NCBI GenBank assembly: GCA_963666835.2
Contig: CAXXGO010000006.1
Coordinates: forward strand, 2,511,443-2,543,442
Reading direction: 5' to 3'
DNA from: Phycisphaerae bacterium
GTDB lineage: Bacteria; Planctomycetota; Phycisphaerae; UBA1845
DNA: 32,000 nucleotides
The position numbers and the translations under genes were made by a program. Under the pieces are notes generated by a model. It was not told the origin of the DNA, searched no databases, and worked only from the letters and a program-made list of their open reading frames with translations. This document shows, piece by piece, positions 18,601 through 25,391 of the stretch. Every line of letters starts with the position of its first letter. Position 1 is the first letter of the stretch.

Positions 18601-19590
18601 TCAATCACGTCTCAGCGAACGAATCAGCTTCGCCAAGCCCTCTGATGTCGAAACCCGTGGCTCATAACCGAAATCAGCCCTGGCCGCGGAAATATTAAAG
18701 TAGTGCGAATAGGCAAGCTGGGAGGCAAGGAATCGCGTCATGCGAGGTTCCCTTGATGGGCAAAATGCCCGGTGGATCAACTCAAACGCTGCTCCTAGGC
18801 GCCGGGCTGCGTTGTACGAAATCGTTCGTTCGACCGGCGGAATGCCCAGCTCCGCGAGGATGCCGTTTAGCCAGGGCCAGAGCTTCACCGGTTCGCCCTG
18901 GCTTATGAAGTAAGCCCGGCCCGCGCAAGCTGCTTTGGGGGTCAGAGCGTCCGCCGCCCGGAGGTGGGCCTCTGCGGCATTATCGATGAAGGTTATGTCG
19001 ACCAGGTTCTCGCCGTCTCCGACGATTCTAAGTTGGCCCCGGCGGGCGCGATCGATCACCCGCGGGATCAAATGAGGGTCGCCGGGACCCCAGATCAGGT
19101 GCGGACGAAGGGCGATTGTGCTCAGCGCGGCACTGTTGGCGGCCAGGACCATCCGCTCGGCCGCAGCTTTCGTTTCCGGATAGTCGGCCAGGTACTGTTG
19201 CGGGTAAGGCTGCGACTCGTCCACGCCGCAGAGGGGGCTTTCTCCGAACACGACACTGGGAGTACTCGTGTGGACTAGCCGGGATACTCCGGCGTTCTTG
19301 CACGCATCAATGACGTTTCGCGTGCCGACGACGTTGATGTCTTGGAATATCTTGCGCCGGCCCCAGATTCCGGGTATGGCGGCCACATGGAAGACCGTTT
19401 CCATTCCTTCGCAGGCCTGACGGATTGCCGTGGACTCCCGAATATCGGTTTGGATTGTCCGTATCCCGGCCTGCTCGTGATGGGGGTACGCCCGTCTCCC
19501 CAGCACGGTGACCTCGTCGCCCCGTTCTTTGAGCAGTTGGGCGATACGGCTGCCGAGAAAACCACCTCCGCCGGTGATCAGGGCCTTCAT
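18601..19590 (-). CDS. Extended SDR, NAD-dependent epimerase / 3-beta-hydroxysteroid dehydrogenase family (OleD-like)
   Basis: MKALITGGGGFLGSRIA Rossmann motif, catalytic YPETK (YxxxK), LRPHLIWGPGD, AYFISQGEP. ATG 19590 overlaps the upstream TGA (ATGA). The track ORF starts at 19611. Confidence 0.8.
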   Translation of the reverse strand: MKALITGGGGFLGSRIAQLLKERGDEVTVLGRRAYPHHEQAGIRTIQTDIRESTAIRQACEGMETVFHVAAIPGIWGRRKIFQDINVVGTRNVIDACKNAGVSRLVHTSTPSVVFGESPLCGVDESQPYPQQYLADYPETKAAAERMVLAANSAALSTIALRPHLIWGPGDPHLIPRVIDRARRGQLRIVGDGENLVDITFIDNAAEAHLRAADALTPKAACAGRAYFISQGEPVKLWPWLNGILAELGIPPVERTISYNAARRLGAAFELIHRAFCPSREPRMTRFLASQLAYSHYFNISAARADFGYEPRVSTSEGLAKLIRSLRRD

Positions 19591-21278
19591 GGGGCTTGCC
19601 TCTCTGCCCAATCCGCAAGTTGCTCGCGGTTGATCTTCGTGTTGTGACGGATGTCCACGGGAAGCGAGCGGTGCAAGAGCACTCGGGTGATACTACGCGT
19701 CAACTCGTTTCCGCGGGCCAGCTCCAGGAGTTCCTCTTGCAGCTTCCGTCCTCGGCCTCCCTTGAGATCAGTGGGCGATTTGGGTTCCACCACGATGACC
19801 GGGCTCTGTGCTCCGGGCGGTCCGACCCCTACCAGGGCTGATCGGGAAACCTGACGATGTTCGTTGAAGATTGCCTCACACGGTACCGTGAACATCGGGC
19901 CGTGTGACGTTTGTACTCGATGCCCCTTCCGGCCGCAGAACCAGATTCGCCCCTGTTTGTCGCGATAACCTAAGTCCCCGATCCGGTGCCAGATTCGTTC
20001 GCCGTCGCGGATCTTGGCCAGGGCGGTGGCATTCGGAAGCCCAAAGTACTCTTTGGTTACCACGGGGCCTGACACTACGATCTCGCCGATCTCGCCGTCG
20101 GGAACAAGTAGGTTACTAGACCATTCGGCGATCGGCTGGTCGGTTACGGTGATCACTCGCAGGTCGATCTCCGGCATCGTGGTTCCCACACAGGTTCCGG
20201 CTCCCGTCCGGGTCTTATCGGTGCAGCCTCCCAGGACCTCTCGACCGCTGATCGACGACACTGGGAGGGATTCGGTTGCTCCGTAGGGGGTGTGAACGTC
20301 TGCCTCGTCGCGGAGCATGTCGTGAAGCTGCCTGATGACGGGGTACGGCACGGGGGCTCCGGCAATCAGAATCCGGCGCAGGCTCGGTAGTCTTACGTTG
20401 TGATCCGTCCCATAGGCTGCCACCCTCCTCCAAAGTGCAGGGGATCCGAACGTGTTCGTCACCCGGTGGTCCAGGATCGGCCCGATGATCTTGGCAGGAT
20501 CAACCTTAGCCGGATGGGCGGGGTCCATGTCCGGGATCACGGTCGTCATGCCCATTGCGATGCTAAAGAGCCCGAAAAGCGGGAAGGTCGGCAGGTCGGT
20601 CTCTCCCGGCTCAATGCCGTAACGCTGCTGAATCTGCCGGACCTGTGCTCCGAACATGCCGTGCTCGTATACCACACCCTTCGCCGGGCCGGTGCTTCCT
20701 GAGGTGAACAGGATCGCGGCCGTCTCATCAGCCGCCGTATCGACCGTGGCGAAATCCGGGGCGGCGGTCCGAGCGAGTCCTGTCAGAGTCGGACCACCCC
20801 AAAACCAGCGACGCCCGACCGTGATTACGCAGCGGACCGATCGAAAGGGACCGGGTCGAAGCACCCGCATGGCGTGGGCCAAGGGTATCCCGATGAAGCC
20901 GTGAAGATCCACCCCGCGGATACACTCCATCATCCGCCCGATGCCCATGCCCGGGTCAATCAGCACCGGGACGGCACCCATCTTGAACAGCGCGAAGATC
21001 AGCCCCATGAAGTCGATCCCCGGCCGGACCATAACCAGAACCCGCATTCCGCGAGCCAGCCCGGCCGCGATCATTCCGTTGGCGAACCGGTTCGAGAGAG
21101 CCTCGAGTTCGGCGAACGTGATCGACCGGTAGACCGCGCGGCCGTTACCTTCGTACGACGACGTCACGACTACGGCGGGGTGATCCGGGACCTTCCGCGC
21201 CATTTGAGGAAGGTGCGACGCGATGTTAAACCGCTCCGGCGAATCGTGGGTGCTCGAATGATCGGGTGCCGTGGTCAA
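19587..21278 (-). CDS. AMP-dependent synthetase/ligase (ANL superfamily; OleC / fatty-acid-CoA-ligase-like)
   Basis: ILFTSGSTGPAKGVV (A3 core), PYGATE (A5), FALFKMGAVPVLIDPGMG. TTG start at 21278 with GAGGA 6 nt upstream. First gene of the operon. Confidence 0.85.
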   Translation of the reverse strand: MTTAPDHSSTHDSPERFNIASHLPQMARKVPDHPAVVVTSSYEGNGRAVYRSITFAELEALSNRFANGMIAAGLARGMRVLVMVRPGIDFMGLIFALFKMGAVPVLIDPGMGIGRMMECIRGVDLHGFIGIPLAHAMRVLRPGPFRSVRCVITVGRRWFWGGPTLTGLARTAAPDFATVDTAADETAAILFTSGSTGPAKGVVYEHGMFGAQVRQIQQRYGIEPGETDLPTFPLFGLFSIAMGMTTVIPDMDPAHPAKVDPAKIIGPILDHRVTNTFGSPALWRRVAAYGTDHNVRLPSLRRILIAGAPVPYPVIRQLHDMLRDEADVHTPYGATESLPVSSISGREVLGGCTDKTRTGAGTCVGTTMPEIDLRVITVTDQPIAEWSSNLLVPDGEIGEIVVSGPVVTKEYFGLPNATALAKIRDGERIWHRIGDLGYRDKQGRIWFCGRKGHRVQTSHGPMFTVPCEAIFNEHRQVSRSALVGVGPPGAQSPVIVVEPKSPTDLKGGRGRKLQEELLELARGNELTRSITRVLLHRSLPVDIRHNTKINREQLADWAERQAP

Positions 21279-21520
21279 TGCGAATCCTCAACGGATGCTC
21301 TTCACAGGCGCGTCGTTGGCCGGTACGTTCACTATACTGACCCGCCAGGAGGGTGTCGACGTTTCGTGGGATGGTCCCCGGTGTCCGACGTAACCCTGTG
21401 AGAACATGGGCGATGCGGGATCGGGTGTTGCCACTGCTTCTGAGCAGTGCAGGGACGGGGCAGGGTGTGGATTGGCCCCGGGCCTTTACGTGTGGCGATG
21501 TACGAGTGCTTGCGCTTATC

Positions 21521-22981
21521 ATGGCTAGATGTTCTTCTCGTTTGCGAATCGTCTTCTTCGGTTCTGGAATCCTGTGTTTGGCGGTTGTACGCCCGGCGCT
21601 GGGGCAGCAGAGTCTTGCGGCGCAACTTAGGGCCACGCTGGCCTCGCCGCCGCACGGGCAGACCGTTGCTGGGGTGTGTGTGGTTGATCTGGACACCGGC
21701 GGCAGCGTCTTCGAGCGAAACGCGGACCGGCCGATGGTCCCGGCCAGCAACATGAAGGTGTTCGTGATGGTCGCCGCTCTGACGGAGCTGGGTCCCGGTT
21801 TTGCTTTCGATACCGTCTTCGCGACCGATCGCACCCACATCTACTTGATCGGTGACGGCGATCCTTCTCTGGGGGACGAGAAGCTCTGCCAAGGTCGAGG
21901 AGAGCCTCCGACAGCCTTATTCGAGCGTTGGGCGGATGCGCTTCGTGCCGAGGGCATGCCGGAGGTGCCCGGTGATCTCGTTTTCGATGAATCCGTGTTC
22001 GATGACCAGTACGTCAACGCGACGTGGGAGGAAGTCGATCTCGACAACTGGTTTGCCGCACCGGTAGGGGGGCTCAACTTCAACGACAATTGCGTGGACA
22101 TAACGGTGACTCCGCCGAGCCGTTTGGGGGCTCTGGTGTCGGTTGCGATTCGGCCGGAGTGCTCGATAGTCAAAGTCGTCAATGAGTGTCGGGCAGGAAG
22201 ATCGGGTACGCCGGTTCTGCGCCACCGGCACGATTCCTTCGAATACCGCATAAGCGAGCGTTGTCCGAAGCGTTGGACGTTCGGGCCCGTCTCGTTCCCG
22301 GATCCGGGTTTGCTCACGGCCGACGCCTTCCGCACGACGCTGCGCAGGAAAGGGATCGCCTGTCACGGTACGCTGAAACGTCAGCGCGTTCGTCGAGCCG
22401 ACGGCAGTATTCCCGCCACGTTGACGGTGCTCGATCACCATCGCACGCCCATTGCAGAAGTGTTGCGTCGAACGGGGAAGGACAGCCAAAACGTCTTTGC
22501 GGAGGCTCTGCTCAAACGGACCGGGTACGCCTGGGCTCAGCGACGCGGACTCCCGGTGCCGCAAGGAAGTTGGGCGATGGGGAGCCGGGCGATCCTCGAC
22601 GTGATGGAAGTTGCCGGGGTGAACGTGGAGGGCCTGGCGATTGCCGACGGGTCGGGGCTCAGCCGGGCGAATCGTTGCACCGCGCGGCAGTTGACCAGCA
22701 CGTTGTCGTGGATGGCTACGCAACCCGGAGCGCGGCTGTTTCTTGAGAGCCTCTCTATTGCCGGGGTTGACGGCTCCTTGCGAAAGCGGCTGAAAGACGT
22801 TCCGGACCGGGTCTTCGGCAAGACGGGTACGATGCGCGGAATCCGCACGTTAAGCGGGTACGTCGAATCCACCAGCGGTCGCCGGTTCGCCTTCGCCGTG
22901 CTGTTCAATGGCTACCCCGGTCCGAGCACCCCATACCGCGAGATCCAAGACCGCATCTGCCGTATCCTGATCGGCGCGTGA
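21521..22981 (+). CDS. dacB: D-alanyl-D-alanine carboxypeptidase/endopeptidase, PBP4 (peptidase S13) family
   Basis: SxxK (PASNMKVFV), DGSGLSR and KTG (GKTGTMRG) motifs. Signal-peptide-like start MARCSSRLRIVFFGSGILCLAVV at ATG 21521. The track ORF starts at 21353. Confidence 0.85.
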   Translation: MARCSSRLRIVFFGSGILCLAVVRPALGQQSLAAQLRATLASPPHGQTVAGVCVVDLDTGGSVFERNADRPMVPASNMKVFVMVAALTELGPGFAFDTVFATDRTHIYLIGDGDPSLGDEKLCQGRGEPPTALFERWADALRAEGMPEVPGDLVFDESVFDDQYVNATWEEVDLDNWFAAPVGGLNFNDNCVDITVTPPSRLGALVSVAIRPECSIVKVVNECRAGRSGTPVLRHRHDSFEYRISERCPKRWTFGPVSFPDPGLLTADAFRTTLRRKGIACHGTLKRQRVRRADGSIPATLTVLDHHRTPIAEVLRRTGKDSQNVFAEALLKRTGYAWAQRRGLPVPQGSWAMGSRAILDVMEVAGVNVEGLAIADGSGLSRANRCTARQLTSTLSWMATQPGARLFLESLSIAGVDGSLRKRLKDVPDRVFGKTGTMRGIRTLSGYVESTSGRRFAFAVLFNGYPGPSTPYREIQDRICRILIGA

Positions 22982-23058
22982 GGGACGCGGCGTGTACCGG
23001 TAGACCGGCTTTCTCCTGCATGTGACATAGAGGCGTCACACGCGGGATAGCCGAGCCG

Positions 23059-23631
23059 TTACTTCTTTCGAGTATACGTTGCGGTCATCTCGAGTTTCTT
23101 GATAGTGTGCAGCCGGTTGCGCCATTCCGTCATGGTCCACTCGAGCGTATCGTTGTCCTTGACCTTCATGACGTACCGACCGTAGCTGGTGGTGCCGTCG
23201 AGGCCGACGCTCTTATATGGCATGGTCCAAGTCTTGGAGTCAGCGCAGTACTTGGCGGAACCCTCCTGAGGGAAGCCCCAGTTGTTGAACATCCACCAGA
23301 TGTACTTCTCTTTCTTGGGATGCCAGCTCCAGACCCCGGCGGCCTCGAACTCGGCGTGGGCGCACTTCGCCGACATTGTCCCGTGCAGGCAGCGGTTGTC
23401 CAAAGTCCAATTCCACTTGGCCGTGCCGGTCCAGGATTTGTCCTCCGCGGCGGCGTTAACAACCTCGGCCTTCCAATCCCATTCCCCAACGAACACGTCG
23501 TAAGCGCTGAGCTCCGCGGCCCGGTCGGGACGCTCGATGGTCGAGAAGTCTACGTTCCTGGCGGTACATCCCGGCAACGCCAGCGCGGCGAGAAGCACAA
23601 TCGTAACAGCAGCCAGTTTGGTCGTTTTCAT
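23059..23631 (-). CDS. DUF1579-like lipoprotein
   Basis: ATG 23631 with GGAGG 7 nt upstream; lipobox-like LALPGC; VGEWDW...WTGTAKWNWTLDNRCLHG...YIWWMF...; a beta-rich pattern similar to the 31323-31967 product. Confidence 0.6.
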   Translation of the reverse strand: MKTTKLAAVTIVLLAALALPGCTARNVDFSTIERPDRAAELSAYDVFVGEWDWKAEVVNAAAEDKSWTGTAKWNWTLDNRCLHGTMSAKCAHAEFEAAGVWSWHPKKEKYIWWMFNNWGFPQEGSAKYCADSKTWTMPYKSVGLDGTTSYGRYVMKVKDNDTLEWTMTEWRNRLHTIKKLEMTATYTRKK

Positions 23632-23916
23632 CGAACTACCTCCGATCGATGTAGACACTGTCCAATTCCGATTCCGTTGGCTCCATAGCATACGCGGCGC
23701 TGTGCGGCCGTGCCAGTGTCCGGAATCGAATACGGTACGCGGGACGTCTTCGCTTTCGACGGACCTTACGCTCGGGCGCGGCTTGCCTGCGTACGGCTAA
23801 GAGGTTGCCGCGTGAATATGGGCGGGTCACTTGCGGGGGGATGGGAGATATGGCGGCTCTGCTCGCGCGTAGATACAATCGTCTGGAAGATCACCAGATA
23901 CTCGAGGGCCGGAATA

Positions 23917-24891
23917 ATGGCAGAAGTGCACGAGGATGCGGTGGCGCTAACCGCGTGTGGGTGGGTCACTCCGTTTGCGGTGGGGGGCATTACTGAGGTG
24001 CTGTCTGCCGGACCCAGCGCTGAACTGCAGAAGGACGAGAACGGGACATACTCGGCTGTCAGTGGTTTGGATGACACCGTTTCGGGTCTTTCGACGGAGG
24101 TGAAGCGGGACCACGGGGCGCTAATGGCTGCGGTCGCGCTGGAGTTAGCCCGCCGTGGCGCCAAACTGACCGCCGAAGACTACTCGGCAGAGCGAACCGG
24201 CCTGGTGTTGGGTGTCGCGCTGGCGGGGCAGATGGGCATGATTAAGTTCGCCGAAGAGGTGCGTCAGCAGACGGCTCGCTTCGTGACGCCGATCCACTTC
24301 CCGCAGACTGTCGGCAACTACATCTCCGGAGCTCTGGCACGCGCCTACGGGATTCGCGGTCCCAACTCGACGATTGCCGGGGGTGTTGCTTCGGGGCTGG
24401 ATGCCATCAAAGAGGCGGCGAGGTTGCTGGCCGATGGCGAAGCCGACGTCGTGTTGGCCGGTGGAGTCGAGCAGCTTTCGGAGGAGTTGGCTGCCGGGCT
24501 GGCCCAGCCTGGTACGCGGCTGAGCGAAGGGGTCTGCCTCTTCGTTTTGGAGCGTACTCGCCATGTGCAAAACAGGGGCGGAACGATTTTGGCTACATTG
24601 GCCGGGGATGAAGACGCGGACAAGGCTGTCATCCATGCGACTGCGGGGTTCGTTGAAGATGGGGCGATAGCGATCGGGCAGTGGGTCGGTGACTGCCTGG
24701 GAGCCCTCAGTGCCGCTGCGGTGGCGGCGTCGATTGGCGCCGCGGAAGGGGCTCGAGTCCCGTTTGCGAAGTCAGCGGGGGCATTCGAAGTCAAGGCGGT
24801 AACCGGTGACGACGGCGCCGTTGCGACTCCGGGTGTCGTCTCGGCGAACGGCCTCGGCGATTCGCGCTCAAGTCTCTTTCTCGTAATCTGA
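23917..24891 (+). CDS. Beta-ketoacyl synthase N-terminal-like protein lacking the catalytic Cys (chain-length-factor-like)
   Basis: Thiolase-fold pattern (TGLVLGVALAG..., HFPQTVGNYISGALARAYGIRGPNSTIAGGVASGLDAIKEAARLLADGEADVVLAGGVE). GGVASG stands where KS enzymes have ACxSG, and the C-terminal His motifs are degenerate. The start is uncertain (23917, 23818 or 23710). Confidence 0.65.
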   Translation: MAEVHEDAVALTACGWVTPFAVGGITEVLSAGPSAELQKDENGTYSAVSGLDDTVSGLSTEVKRDHGALMAAVALELARRGAKLTAEDYSAERTGLVLGVALAGQMGMIKFAEEVRQQTARFVTPIHFPQTVGNYISGALARAYGIRGPNSTIAGGVASGLDAIKEAARLLADGEADVVLAGGVEQLSEELAAGLAQPGTRLSEGVCLFVLERTRHVQNRGGTILATLAGDEDADKAVIHATAGFVEDGAIAIGQWVGDCLGALSAAAVAASIGAAEGARVPFAKSAGAFEVKAVTGDDGAVATPGVVSANGLGDSRSSLFLVI

Positions 24892-25025
24892 GCAGGCGAT
24901 CTGGTTGGTCCAGACCTTATCTGCCGGTTTTGGGCGGGCGGCGCCACGAAGGCGACACTCGCCGATACGAAGGCTGCACGAAAGCCGCCTAGACTGATGC
25001 CGGCCGGAGTAATGCGGACTTTTTT

Positions 25026-25053
25026 CTTGGAATCCGGCCGGAATCATGTATAC
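25026..25053 (+). promoter_or_regulatory. Putative sigma70-like promoter of the giant exoprotein gene
   Basis: TTGGAA (25026-31), 16-nt spacer, TATACT (25048-53), in a locally AT-richer patch preceded by a T6 run. This would give a leader of about 330 nt before ATG 25392. Confidence 0.35.
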
Positions 25054-25391
25054 TTCTTAGTCCAATAAGCAGTGCGGGGCCGTTTTGCAGATCATGATGG
25101 CTTCGGACGGGCAATTCGTGCGGAGCGGCAGGACGGCGGGTCCGTCGGTCGCGCGGTGCAGTTGTTGCAGATGGTGCGATTCTACCAACTCACGAAGGGG
25201 TCTTGCTTGGAATCGGTTCGTTTAGCGGGCCGGCCGGGTGGTGCCGGCCAGCCGTAGGTTGTAGCGAACATATAGGTCAATCGCGGGCGTCGGCGTCTTA
25301 CGGAGGGGGGAGACGCCGGCAACCGGCGACCAGCGTGGGAATCGGGCAAGCCACGCCAACTCAAAAGACCGGTCAGGTCAAGGAGAGAGTC

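Noticed and set aside
21332-22723. Minus-strand ORFs 21226-21840, 21332-21892 and 21917-22723 opposite dacB
   Set aside because: They have no motifs and are Arg/Pro-rich. The plus strand encodes the SxxK / KTG / DGSGLSR PBP4 signatures.
25300-25370. c-di-GMP (GEMM-I) riboswitch in the giant exoprotein leader, prompted by GCCGGCAACCGGCGACC
   Set aside because: It lacks the conserved GACGCAAAGC-type segment and the tetraloop/receptor arrangement. The similarity is limited to a GGCAAC string.
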